A DNA stretch of 64,000 nucleotides from an uncultured Verrucomicrobiae bacterium. GTDB lineage: Bacteria; Chlamydiota; Chlamydiia; Chlamydiales; Rhabdochlamydiaceae. Location: NCBI GenBank assembly GCA_963818965.1, contig CAWFUG010000011.1:64001-128000 (forward strand). Reading direction: 5' to 3'. A model generated the notes under the pieces. That model saw only the letters and a program-made list of their open reading frames with translations. It did not search any database and was not told where the DNA came from. Of the stretch, positions 9,038 to 18,457 are shown piece by piece. How positions within the stretch are numbered: position 1 is the stretch's first letter; the number at the start of each line of letters is the position of its first letter. The translations under genes were made by a program, and so were the position numbers.

Positions 9038-9910
9038 ATGAGTTCTAGAGCTTATAAAACAACCCTGCTGGCGGGATCGATTTTGTTGATCGCCGCCAGC
9101 ACTCTATGTTTTTTTAGTTGCAAGTTTTCAAGAGCTCCTGTCGCTGCTTGCGATCAAGAAGCTATTGAGAGTTTTTTTAGAAGAGTATTTGTACGGGATG
9201 GCTTCGGATATACCTTCTTTGGAAATAAGCCCGCCTCCTGCATTGGGTATTTTGATCCCATTCCTATCGACAATTGGGACAGAACTCAAGCGAATAACAT
9301 TATAAAGGAGGGCTGGGAATCTTGGAAACATAGATTGCAAAAAATTAAGATTCGAGACTACCTCTTTATAGAAGAGATATCTGAAACCGATCCTAGTTTG
9401 AAAGTTATAACCTGCGTGAACAAACGAGCTTTTGTTAAGACTGTTGATACCTATCGCGAATTATTTGAACGAGTACTACAAAGAGAGATAACTGGGATAC
9501 AACTTCTGAAAGAGTTGGAGGATCATCGAGAAGGATTATTTGATGTTGTACACCATCATGAAGGGCTCTATGGCATTTTGTTAGGTTATGGGAAAGAAAA
9601 TGCCTTCTTATTCCAAAGACGTATGAATCTTAACATTTACAACCCTTGTCCTACCTTTTCTCTATGCGAAATTCATGGAAAAGAAGCCTCTTCTCTTGAA
9701 GAAGAGACCCACTTCCTGAAAAATTTAGATACAGTTGCGGAAGACACTCCCTTATCCCCCATTTCACTCCCTGTATTCATAGGCATCAAAGAGTCTGATG
9801 AAAGTCAAAGACTCATACAGCATTATCGCTCTGTCCGTAAAGAGCTCACACAAGTCTTGTATAGCGACAATTTTATGGATAAGATCGTACATCAGCTCAG
9901 TTCTGGATAG
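9038..9910 (+). CDS. hypothetical membrane-anchored protein
   Basis: 290 aa, abuts the upstream stop (TAA-ATG), N-terminal hydrophobic segment. Confidence 0.75.
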   Translation: MSSRAYKTTLLAGSILLIAASTLCFFSCKFSRAPVAACDQEAIESFFRRVFVRDGFGYTFFGNKPASCIGYFDPIPIDNWDRTQANNIIKEGWESWKHRLQKIKIRDYLFIEEISETDPSLKVITCVNKRAFVKTVDTYRELFERVLQREITGIQLLKELEDHREGLFDVVHHHEGLYGILLGYGKENAFLFQRRMNLNIYNPCPTFSLCEIHGKEASSLEEETHFLKNLDTVAEDTPLSPISLPVFIGIKESDESQRLIQHYRSVRKELTQVLYSDNFMDKIVHQLSSG

Positions 9911-9964
9911 ACCGAGAGCTGAATATTGGCAACTGGAAAGAAGCATTAGGATTTTCAATGGAAT

Positions 9965-9987
9965 TATACCCCGCGCGCTTAGGAATG
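9965..9987. mobile_element. solo terminal arm of MITE family A1
   Basis: TATACCCCGCGCGCTTAGGAATG identical to 8308-8330. Confidence 0.85.
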
Positions 9988-11151
9988 AGAGCGCATCGTG
10001 CGAAAATACTCAGCTGCACTCTCAGATTCCTGAACTGCAATTCTCACCCTGGCAAACATCTCCCTTTCAAATTGCTCTGTCAATCTTGGCCAGTCGATAG
10101 GTTTTGGAGAAGCAGCGAGTAGAGCTGATAAGACTCTGGCATCTTCGAGCACATTATTCCCACCGAGCGCTCGTTCTGGAGGCATGGCATGAGCGGAATC
10201 ACCTATCAGAGTCACTCTGCCCGTTGGAACCATAGGAAATTGGTCAGAGTTAGGGAATTGAGTCGTGCGTATGAACCAAGGCGCCATGATCGCTTCCGCT
10301 GGAGTATCGTGTACCAGTTTTTGCAAGTTCTCGTGCCAAGGTTCACTTCTCATCAAATACTTACAGCGCTCCAAGATGCGCATGCGCGATTCCACTCCTT
10401 GATCAAACTGATACCAAGGAGCACTGTGGTCTTTTATTTCTTCTGAAATTGCCCAGAAAATCGCAGGGCTTCTATCCTGCCTTTCTGAAAAGCAGACACC
10501 CATGTAATGGGAATTAACTCCCTGAAAACGGACGAATCCCGTTTTGTTTAGAGGAAGAAGCGCATCCCACTCTGGAGTCCGATCCATCTGTCCTCCCAAG
10601 AGGACACGATTGCTATCGACCCCCTTTGGAATCGATCCCAGGCCATTTTGGTATACTAATGGCAAAAGCTCTCTCACGGTTGATGTTGCCCCATCACATC
10701 CAACAAGCAAATCGCCCGTAGCAGATGAGCCATCTTCAAAATGAGCGATCACTCGATCGCCCTTATCTTCGAACAGGACGAGACGCTTGTTCCATTCTAT
10801 GTCGATCCCTTCCTGCAAAAGATTCCTGAGCTCTGAACGAAGAAACTGAACGGCGGCATCTTGGCCCTGTGAAACACTGAAAAAAGGTTCCATTTTTTCA
10901 TTCGTACAAGTAAATCCATCACCCACATCAGCCACCTTGGCCCTAGACAACCGACTCATTTTTTCAGGCGTTAGGAGTGCCGTTAATGCGCTCATTCCCA
11001 GCGAGCGAATTGAAATCCGATACCCTTGAGAGCGACTCGTAGGGCTCTCATCCCTTTCAAAAAGGGAGACATCGAACCCAGCCTTGACAAGGCCCTGAGC
11101 CAAAGCCAAACCACCGAGTCCCGCTCCGATAATCAATATTCGATTGCGCAT
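9979..11151 (-). CDS. FAD-dependent monooxygenase (group A flavoprotein hydroxylase-like)
   Basis: GAGLGGL, DLLVGCDG, VTLIGDSAHAMPP. Confidence 0.9.
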   Translation of the reverse strand: MRNRILIIGAGLGGLALAQGLVKAGFDVSLFERDESPTSRSQGYRISIRSLGMSALTALLTPEKMSRLSRAKVADVGDGFTCTNEKMEPFFSVSQGQDAAVQFLRSELRNLLQEGIDIEWNKRLVLFEDKGDRVIAHFEDGSSATGDLLVGCDGATSTVRELLPLVYQNGLGSIPKGVDSNRVLLGGQMDRTPEWDALLPLNKTGFVRFQGVNSHYMGVCFSERQDRSPAIFWAISEEIKDHSAPWYQFDQGVESRMRILERCKYLMRSEPWHENLQKLVHDTPAEAIMAPWFIRTTQFPNSDQFPMVPTGRVTLIGDSAHAMPPERALGGNNVLEDARVLSALLAASPKPIDWPRLTEQFEREMFARVRIAVQESESAAEYFRTMRSHS

Positions 11152-11152
11152 T

Positions 11153-11674
11153 TCAGTCTCCTTTCTCGTGACTTAGCCATTTCATTTCTGCTTCAAGATG
11201 AGAGATCCCGTATCTCAATGCCTTGAGGCGCGTTATTTTCTGGGGAAAATCCGCTATATTCTCTAGTCTCTCTTCGATTTTTTTATATTCTTCGTGCATC
11301 TTTTCCACTTTTTCGAATCTTTCCTGAAATAGCCGGATCATCTCGCTTCGATCGGTTACGAAAAAGAGTTTGAGAAGAAACTCATTACGTGGGGTTTCCT
11401 CACCTGTCGGACTTTCGAACCAAGTCTTAAATTCCATCCGTCCCATCTCTGTAATAGAAAAGATCTCTTTCTTTTTCTTTCCCACATAGACAACTTTGGA
11501 AAGCGCTTTTCCTTCTTCAGCCAAAACCCTTAACATCGGATAAATTGTCGAATCCGATTCGCGCCAGAAATAAACGGTCGATCGACCCATCAGAGATTTG
11601 ATTTCATATCCAGAACTAGGACCATCGAGGAGGATCCCCAAAATAGCGTATCGTGTTTTATTGACCAACTTCAT
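11153..11674 (-). CDS. PadR/AphA family transcriptional regulator
   Basis: AILGIL...SGYEI, FW......IYP.L, ITE.G. Confidence 0.9.
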   Translation of the reverse strand: MKLVNKTRYAILGILLDGPSSGYEIKSLMGRSTVYFWRESDSTIYPMLRVLAEEGKALSKVVYVGKKKKEIFSITEMGRMEFKTWFESPTGEETPRNEFLLKLFFVTDRSEMIRLFQERFEKVEKMHEEYKKIEERLENIADFPQKITRLKALRYGISHLEAEMKWLSHEKGD

Positions 11675-11679
11675 GAAAA

Positions 11680-11698
11680 ATACCCAGTTTCTAGGTAT
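11680..11698. promoter_or_regulatory. candidate PadR operator
   Basis: ATACCCAG-TTT-CTAGGTAT imperfect inverted repeat directly upstream of the padR start. Confidence 0.5.
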
Positions 11699-11820
11699 AT
11701 TACCTGAAATGGCGACTTTTCAGAAAGGCGAATCATTTTTTTAGAAAACAGATACAGGGATGTATCCCTGGATGAATGAAAATTTGAAACGGGGAATCGG
11801 AACGTTTCCAAATTTAAAAG

Positions 11821-11965
11821 ATTGTCGCCACATTGTGGCGACAATTGGCCATTGAATGTGGTAATGGATTCAATGACAAAAACTTAAGGCGCATGATGTA
11901 GTTTGCCGAAGTTTTTGACGAACAGATTGTCGTATCGCTGATACGACAATTGAGCTGGACTCATT
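11821..11965 (+). pseudogene. YhcG/DUF1016 N-terminal domain fragment with premature stop
   Basis: One frame reads IVATLWRQLAIECGNGFNDKNLRRMM*FAEVFDEQIVVSLIRQLSWTH; hairpins at both ends. Confidence 0.8.
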
Positions 11966-12081
11966 GTATGGTTCCATCTCTCCCTCCCTATACAAACACG
12001 CTCTATTTCTCTCTATTCGCCTTAAGCGAATAGAGAGGTACGGGGGCGCGGGGGATGATAAACCCCCGAAAAAGCGCGTAT

Positions 12082-12708
12082 TCACTTAACGCCGAAGAGC
12101 ACCTCTTTAGAGGTCACGAGCTTCCCACCGGCGGCGGTAATTGCGGCGAAGCTGAGCGCTTCGTCGTGGGGCTGCAGATTGATCGCCCGACAGGCATCTA
12201 CAACTACGCTTACCTGAAAACCTAATTGCAGGGCATCTAGCGAGGAATAGAGGACGCAGTACTCGGTGACGAGACCTGCGATATAGAGCTCAGTCACGTG
12301 GTAGAGCTTTAAGAAAGTGTCGACCCCGGTCGAAGCGTGCTTTTGGTTGTCGAAAAAAGCGCTATAGCTATCGATCTCTTTGTTTGTTCCCTTTAAAAAG
12401 CAGCGATTGATCTTGTCCTGGTCTAGACTAGCGGATAGCTCAGCGCCCTTGGTGCCATTTACGCAATGGACAGGCCACAGGATCTGTTCCCCACCGCCCA
12501 CTTGAATCACGTCCCCTATTTTTTTACCCAGATGAGAAGCGGCAAAGCTGACATGGTCGGCGGGATGGTAATCTTGGGTGGCGACGATGATCTCAAAACC
12601 GGGGATCAGAGTATTGACGATGGGGATGATTTCATCTCCTTGGGGCACGGCGAGGGCGCCGCCGAGGAGAAAATCGTTTTGTAAATCGACGATGAGAAGT
12701 GCTTTCAC
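12082..12708 (-). CDS. pncA: nicotinamidase/pyrazinamidase
   Basis: [37 protein letters not shown]. Confidence 0.95.
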   Translation of the reverse strand: MKALLIVDLQNDFLLGGALAVPQGDEIIPIVNTLIPGFEIIVATQDYHPADHVSFAASHLGKKIGDVIQVGGGEQILWPVHCVNGTKGAELSASLDQDKINRCFLKGTNKEIDSYSAFFDNQKHASTGVDTFLKLYHVTELYIAGLVTEYCVLYSSLDALQLGFQVSVVVDACRAINLQPHDEALSFAAITAAGGKLVTSKEVLFGVK

Positions 12709-14180
12709 GGGGAGTCTTTGGGTTTCAGGTCTTCGATGAGCCGCAGTTTGGTTTCATAGAGCGATTTTTCTAGGCCGACGAAATAGGGTTGGGGGAAGAG
12801 AAACCGGCGGATGGCGGGGTGAAATTGCCCTAGCTCTTGCAACGTCCTCTCGCGGATCTGTTGGAGGGGAAGATTGGGGTAGACCCGCTTTCCCTCTCTA
12901 AATACGGGGATGAGTAGGTCTTTATATTGAGCGTGCGAAGAGAGTGTCTTGGATCGGGCTGGATCGAGAGGATCAATGATCTGTGGGTTAGCAGGGAGAT
13001 CTGTGTGGATATCGAAGATCATGTCACCGAGATTGCCTCTCTCATCGGAGTAGCGACGCACCTGCAAGATCCCTGGATTTGTGACTTTGAGCATCTGCTC
13101 AGAGATTTTAACTTTGTATTGCCACTTCCCCTCTTGATCTTTTAAAGCGGAGAGTTTGTAAACACCATCGAGAGCAGGCTGATCTTTTCCCGTGACGAGA
13201 TTTGTGCCTACGCCCCAGAGGTCGATCTTCGCCCCTTGGTGCTTAAGGTCGCTGATGATGAGCTCATCGAGTTCATTGCTCGCCATGATTTTCGCCTTGG
13301 GAAAACCGGCTTCATCGAGAAGTTTGCGGATCTCAATACTCAAATGCGCTAAATCCCCTGAATCGAGACGGACGCCGAACATCTCTACGCCCCGCTTGCG
13401 CATCCGCCGAGCGGTCTCAATCGCCTTTTTAACCCCACCGATCGTATCGTAAGTGTCGACTAAAAAAATGCAATTGTGAGGCATCACATCGGCATATGCA
13501 TCGAAAGAGTCTTCCTCATCATCGAAGGCCATGATCCAACTGTGCGCATGCGTTCCTCGAACGGGAATGCCGTAGACTTTTCCGGCGAGGACATTTGAAG
13601 TGGAGTCGCAACCGCCGATGAAAGCCGCGCGGCTGGCGGCTAGCGCGCCATCGATCCCTTGCGCTCGACGCATGCCGAATTCGACGACGGGATCAGGTCT
13701 TGCGGCAAAACAGATCCGAGCCGCTTTCGTCGCAATCAGCGACTGAAAATTGATGATGTTGAGAAGAGCGCTCTCTAACAGCTGCGCATGGAGCATCGGT
13801 CCCCTCACGCGTAGAAGCGGCTCTTGTGGACAGATGGGAGTCCCTTCAGGAACCGCATCGATATCGCAGCGCAATTTTAAGGTGCTCAAGTAATCCAAAA
13901 AAGCGCGCTCGAAAAGAGGACTCCCATCCTCTGTTTTGAGCTGCTCGAGATAAGCTAAATCGCTTGGCTCATAGTGAAAGTTTTCCAAAAAATCGAGCGC
14001 AGTCCCCAACCCTGCGGCAATCGCAAATCCCCCGTTGAAGGGTTTTCTTCTGAAGAAGAGGTGAAAGACTGCCTCTCGCTCCGCCATCCCCTTTTTCCAG
14101 TAGCCATAGGCCATGGTCAATTCATAGAGATCTGTGAGGAGGGTAAGGGAATCGCGGTAGATCGAGTTATGTGTTTGCAT
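12705..14180 (-). CDS. pncB: nicotinate phosphoribosyltransferase
   Basis: [37 protein letters not shown]. Confidence 0.95.
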   Translation of the reverse strand: MQTHNSIYRDSLTLLTDLYELTMAYGYWKKGMAEREAVFHLFFRRKPFNGGFAIAAGLGTALDFLENFHYEPSDLAYLEQLKTEDGSPLFERAFLDYLSTLKLRCDIDAVPEGTPICPQEPLLRVRGPMLHAQLLESALLNIINFQSLIATKAARICFAARPDPVVEFGMRRAQGIDGALAASRAAFIGGCDSTSNVLAGKVYGIPVRGTHAHSWIMAFDDEEDSFDAYADVMPHNCIFLVDTYDTIGGVKKAIETARRMRKRGVEMFGVRLDSGDLAHLSIEIRKLLDEAGFPKAKIMASNELDELIISDLKHQGAKIDLWGVGTNLVTGKDQPALDGVYKLSALKDQEGKWQYKVKISEQMLKVTNPGILQVRRYSDERGNLGDMIFDIHTDLPANPQIIDPLDPARSKTLSSHAQYKDLLIPVFREGKRVYPNLPLQQIRERTLQELGQFHPAIRRFLFPQPYFVGLEKSLYETKLRLIEDLKPKDSP

Positions 14181-14541
14181 TGGGCTTGGGTTTAGCTTCT
14201 GGGTGCTCTTTTAGGATTTCTTCTCGGCGATTTTTAAGCGCGTCGATGTATTTTTGATTTTTGGCCATTTGCTCTTTATCCATATCTGCTTTTTCAAAAG
14301 CGCGCTTGGCCTCCTGCGTCATCCCCTGCTGAAATTGCCAACGAGAGCCCGCATCATTCCAACGCGTCATGGAGCGCTTAAGCCGTATCTGTTCATCATC
14401 CATCCGTCTAAGCTCTGTGTCGATCTCTGAAAGCTCTGTCTTCCAGTCTTGGTTTGCAAGTCTTTGCAAAAACGGAATCTCCTCAGAGTATAAAGAAAAA
14501 ACAGTAAAAAAACAACCCAAACTTAAAAACAATAGATGCAT
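14167..14541 (-). CDS. hypothetical secreted coiled-coil protein
   Basis: Signal-like N-terminus from MHLL, charged helical body; overlaps the pncB start. Confidence 0.6.
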   Translation of the reverse strand: MHLLFLSLGCFFTVFSLYSEEIPFLQRLANQDWKTELSEIDTELRRMDDEQIRLKRSMTRWNDAGSRWQFQQGMTQEAKRAFEKADMDKEQMAKNQKYIDALKNRREEILKEHPEAKPKPNANT

Positions 14542-14638
14542 TAGACCTCTCTTTCTTTTTTCAGAGTAAGAAGTTGACCAAAGGATTGCAAGAAGATATA
14601 TACCCAAGTGGACTCAATTGAGATAGACAAGGTGTAAA

Positions 14639-15574
14639 ATGGAGCATTCCCACGAAGGGTGTCAGGGGCACGGTGCGCATGTGCAGGGAAAGGCGCTCTA
14701 TCGCGCGCTCTGGATCGCTGCTTTTTTTATGCTCATCGAAGTGATCAGCGGAATCATCGCCAACAGCTTAGCTCTGATTAGCGATGCGGCTCATTTATTC
14801 ACCGATGTCGGAGCCTTGGGGCTCGGACTCATCGTCGTCAAAATCGCCCATCTCCCGCGGACCCCCAAGATGAGCTATGGTTACCAGCGCGCTGAAATCT
14901 TAGGCGCTTTAGGCAGTTCCCTCGCTCTCTGGGCGCTCTGCGGCGTGCTGATTTACGAAGCAATCACTCGCCTCATCCACCCGCAACCAGTCGCAGGGCC
15001 GATCGTCTTCGTCGTCGCAGTCATCGGGCTCATCGCTAACATCGTCATGATACGGATTTTGCACCCTTCTCAGGGACATAGTTTAAATATGCGCGCCGCT
15101 TACCTACATGTGTTAGGAGATCTGTTGGGCAGTGTCGGTGTACTTTTGAGCGGACTGCTCCTCTGGCTGACACACTGGTACCCTATCGACCCTTTGATCA
15201 CTCTCCTCTTCTCCCTCGGCATCCTCTATGGATCTGGAAAAGTGATCAAGCATACCGTCTCTATTTTAATGGAGTCTGCACCCGCCCATATCGACCCGAC
15301 CGCCGTCCAAAGCGACCTCTCAGCGATCCCAGGAGTGAAGGAAGTCCACGACCTGCACATCTGGTCGATCTCCGCTAAAAAAGTAGCCCTGAGCGCCCAT
15401 ATCGTAGCTGCAGACACCCACCGCGCGCTGCGCGAGGCGCATCTGATCATCGAAAAAAAATATAAAATTTCCCATATGACCTTGCAAATGGAAGACCCGG
15501 AGCACTTTGAGCCCCACTACTGCTACGATTGCGAAAATTTAGGCGCTCCAAAAGTAGAGCATGGGATAGAATGA
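14639..15574 (+). CDS. cation diffusion facilitator (CzcD/ZitB-like Zn exporter)
   Basis: SLALISDAAHLFTD, YGYQRAE, AYLHVLGD, VHDLHIW. Confidence 0.93.
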   Translation: MEHSHEGCQGHGAHVQGKALYRALWIAAFFMLIEVISGIIANSLALISDAAHLFTDVGALGLGLIVVKIAHLPRTPKMSYGYQRAEILGALGSSLALWALCGVLIYEAITRLIHPQPVAGPIVFVVAVIGLIANIVMIRILHPSQGHSLNMRAAYLHVLGDLLGSVGVLLSGLLLWLTHWYPIDPLITLLFSLGILYGSGKVIKHTVSILMESAPAHIDPTAVQSDLSAIPGVKEVHDLHIWSISAKKVALSAHIVAADTHRALREAHLIIEKKYKISHMTLQMEDPEHFEPHYCYDCENLGAPKVEHGIE

Positions 15575-16326
15575 GTGTAGGATTTATGACCAAAAGATTT
15601 TTTTTCTTTATTTTCGTGACACTGGTGGGTTTTTCTCTAACTGCGTTTGCAGAAGAGGGGTACCCCAGCTTCCAGGAGAAGTTCGCTTCGGCCAAAGAGG
15701 GGGACTACAGCGTCACAGCATTAGAGGGGCATTATTGCCTACTCCTCATTCGCGCCCTCACGCCGACACGACTCCTGTTAGAGGAGGTCACGGTGCCTGA
15801 GCGACAGATCGATTTAAAAAAGCAGAACTGGCAGAAATGGCTCAATCAGAAGGCTCCAGGGCACACCTCGTGGACCCTCTACACAATCGATCGAAAGGCA
15901 AATCGGCTCATCGACTGCTTTTCCTACAGCAAAAATGGATGGATCGTCTTAGGCGAAGGAGAGCAGTTCTTCTGCAAACTCCTCAGCCTCCCCCTAAAAC
16001 CTGTGTCTAAAGAAGCCCGCAAGAAAATCGGTTCTAATACTTCCAGCGAAGAGGCCGATCATCGCCCTCTGTGGAGTCCGCCTGTCGTGATCGAAGGCAA
16101 GAAAATCGCAAAACCGAGCATCGACGTCTTCTCTGCACAGTGGCCACAAGACTCCTCTCCCCTTTCCCGCTGCACCCTCGAGCTCTATTTTAACAGCCAA
16201 GACCCCGCATTTCCCTTCCCCTACTGGATCGAGGTTAAGACACCTCACTACACATTCAAGGTGCGCAGCGTCGATTCAGGCCACGGGCTCCGCTCCCCCA
16301 TGCAGAGGTTGCAGATCTCCCCATAA
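15571..16326 (+). CDS. conserved chlamydial hypothetical secreted protein
   Basis: Signal peptide; GDY, APGHTSW and FPYWIE blocks resembling a family recalled from Chlamydiota. Confidence 0.7.
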   Translation: MSVGFMTKRFFFFIFVTLVGFSLTAFAEEGYPSFQEKFASAKEGDYSVTALEGHYCLLLIRALTPTRLLLEEVTVPERQIDLKKQNWQKWLNQKAPGHTSWTLYTIDRKANRLIDCFSYSKNGWIVLGEGEQFFCKLLSLPLKPVSKEARKKIGSNTSSEEADHRPLWSPPVVIEGKKIAKPSIDVFSAQWPQDSSPLSRCTLELYFNSQDPAFPFPYWIEVKTPHYTFKVRSVDSGHGLRSPMQRLQISP

Positions 16327-16418
16327 AAAGTTTCAGTCGATTTCTGGGTTCTTTTGAGTCCACTTGGGTGGCCAAAATAATCCCGAAAAGCGACGAAAAA
16401 GTTTACTGGGAGAGGTTC

Positions 16419-16613
16419 TTATGAACAAACTTTCCCCAATAAGTATTTACAGAAGCTGGTAGCGGTTAAAAGCACTGGGGAGATAGGTTGTAAATATCTA
16501 ATAACCAGCATCTTACAAAACACTAAGAGAGAAGGGTTTCTTACGGTTCTAAGTCGCTGAAGCTGACGGTCTTCTCATCGAAAAGCGACCACTTATGAAC
16601 AGGTTTTCCACAA
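16419..16613. other. cluster of DnaA-box-like 9-mers with an IHF-like site (possible oriC)
   Basis: TTATGAACA twice, TTTTCCACA, and a TTGTAA...TTACAA element in an intergenic gap between convergent genes. Confidence 0.35.
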
Positions 16614-16631
16614 TGCGAGTGAGTCTCAGTA

Positions 16632-16746
16632 AGAAGCTTGGTGTTTCACCACAGAAGCTTGGTATTTCACCACAGAGAGAAAATAGATATAAAAAAATTT
16701 CTCTCTGTGGTGAAACTGCATCTATTCAGAACGGAATGATGGGGAA
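16632..16746. repeat. CCACAGAG-type palindromic repeat (family E)
   Basis: TTTCACCACAGAGAGA...TCTCTCTGTGGTGAAA with a tail shared with 43771-43816. Confidence 0.8.
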
Positions 16747-18309
16747 CTAAATCGTATTTAAGGGCTGAGGTACGCCTTCTTCAGGCGCTGAGAGGGGCTG
16801 TTTTGTAGTCGTAACCGCTTTGAACTGTTTCCCGAGCGATACGACCGAGTAGATCCAGGCGAGCAACACGACGAACAAGAGCCCTGCGATATAGGGCGTA
16901 GAGAGCGTGACGCTACCGAGCAAGATGATAAAGCCTTGGTAGGTCAGAGAAGAGCCTGATTTCCCGATTCCTGATCCCAAGCCGTCGATGGCAGCCTTCC
17001 CTTTTAATTTCGACTCAGGGGAAAGGGGCAAGAAGGCGAGTTCCTTTGTCGCATCGAAGACCGAGTATTTACCTGCTTTACTCACACAATTTTGCATAGA
17101 ACCGCAGTAGACAGTCATTGCCAAAGGGGTCACGCCAAAAAGGGCAGAGGAGACGGCAAACAGGGCATCTTGGCAGAACATAAAGGTGAAAAAGCCAATC
17201 GCCATGATGGTCATGAGCAATGGGGTGATAATCGCCGTAAACGTCCATCCGAGACGCGTGACCATGATGGAGAAGAAAACCCCTCCGATGGTCGCAAAGA
17301 TCCCAATCCCAATGGTGATCTTACTCATGTGCTCGATCATCTCATTGGGGTCGGAAAAAAACCGCTTTAACTGTTCTTTCCACAAGACGTCTGTGAAGTT
17401 AATACTGATGTTATAGCCTAAGACGATGATCGCTAGAGGGACGAGATAGGGAGAGCGGACGATGTACTTGATGCTCTCTCTCAAAGAAAGTTTACTCTTC
17501 TTGGATTCTGGAGAATCCCCTGCTACGGGCTCTTTCTTCTCTTCTTTGGGGAGCACGTAGCGATTGATCCACCAATAAAAACCCATCGCCAAAACTCCAA
17601 CAATAGAGACGACTAACACCAACTGGCAGAGAGTCTGTCCCCAAGGATCGGTCACCGAAGAAAGGAAGGAGAGAGCCATCGGCTGGCTGAAAAATAGAGC
17701 TAAGCTTCCCCCTACAATCGGAGCGAAATTAGAGCCGATGTTCAATAAGCCATAGGTTCGCTTGGCCTCATTGACCTGGGTGACATCGTTGGCAAAACCC
17801 CAATAGAGCACAGTGAGGACAAGCACAGCCCAAAGCTCTGAGATCACGTAAAATGTCGTAAACGTCCAGTTGCGTAAAAGAGCGATGAGCCCTTGAAATC
17901 CCTTAGGCAAAACAGAGGTTAAAAATTCTCCTAACCGGTCGAAATGGAGAGCCTCGCTGTTGGGATAGAGGACGAAGGCGAATAAGAGAAAATAGCTGAT
18001 AAAACTAGAAAGGAGGATATAAAAGGCGCTTTCCTTGCTGAAATAACGTCTGAGACGGGTGTAGACCCATGTCGCGATAAAGACACCGGGTAACATCCCC
18101 CAGACCTTGATAAAGGGGATCACTTCAGCGCCTGAGTGTTTCGCTGTCAAAATAATCGTATCTTTGAGATTGCGTAAGATCCCATAACAGATGCAAAGCA
18201 GAAAAAGCAGAAGGAGCATAGAAAGAACTTTTTTAACTTCCGTCCGATGGACGGGCCAAAAAACCGACCGAAGAAGACTAAATTGATCTTTTTTCTGCAC
18301 AGAAGCCAT
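16747..18309 (-). CDS. TLC/NTT family nucleotide transporter (ATP/ADP translocase family)
   Basis: FWP, LRNLKD, GAEVIPFIKVWG, FYVISELW, KYSVFDATKELAF, KGKAAID..G..IGKSG; alternative GTG start at 18357. Confidence 0.93.
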   Translation of the reverse strand: MASVQKKDQFSLLRSVFWPVHRTEVKKVLSMLLLLFLLCICYGILRNLKDTIILTAKHSGAEVIPFIKVWGMLPGVFIATWVYTRLRRYFSKESAFYILLSSFISYFLLFAFVLYPNSEALHFDRLGEFLTSVLPKGFQGLIALLRNWTFTTFYVISELWAVLVLTVLYWGFANDVTQVNEAKRTYGLLNIGSNFAPIVGGSLALFFSQPMALSFLSSVTDPWGQTLCQLVLVVSIVGVLAMGFYWWINRYVLPKEEKKEPVAGDSPESKKSKLSLRESIKYIVRSPYLVPLAIIVLGYNISINFTDVLWKEQLKRFFSDPNEMIEHMSKITIGIGIFATIGGVFFSIMVTRLGWTFTAIITPLLMTIMAIGFFTFMFCQDALFAVSSALFGVTPLAMTVYCGSMQNCVSKAGKYSVFDATKELAFLPLSPESKLKGKAAIDGLGSGIGKSGSSLTYQGFIILLGSVTLSTPYIAGLLFVVLLAWIYSVVSLGKQFKAVTTTKQPLSAPEEGVPQPLNTI

Positions 18310-18457
18310 ATGTTCATCCCAAACCTCCCTAGAGTAGCTTTCCATTCGATTTTTCACAAGGGAAATATTTTTTTTGACAAATTTAGGGAAATTCGATTAT
18401 TAAGTCCCCAGTGAACACCCAACCTGGCTCAAGGTTAGGGTATATCTTGGAGTCATC

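Noticed and set aside
11995..12080. Hairpins CTCTCTATTCGC/GCGAATAGAGAG and GGGG/CCCC after pncA
   Set aside because: Single copy in the window; cannot distinguish a terminator from another repeat remnant
16632..16680. Direct repeat AGAAGCTTGGTRTTTCACCAC suggesting a CRISPR
   Set aside because: Only two adjacent units, no spacers, no cas genes; part of family E
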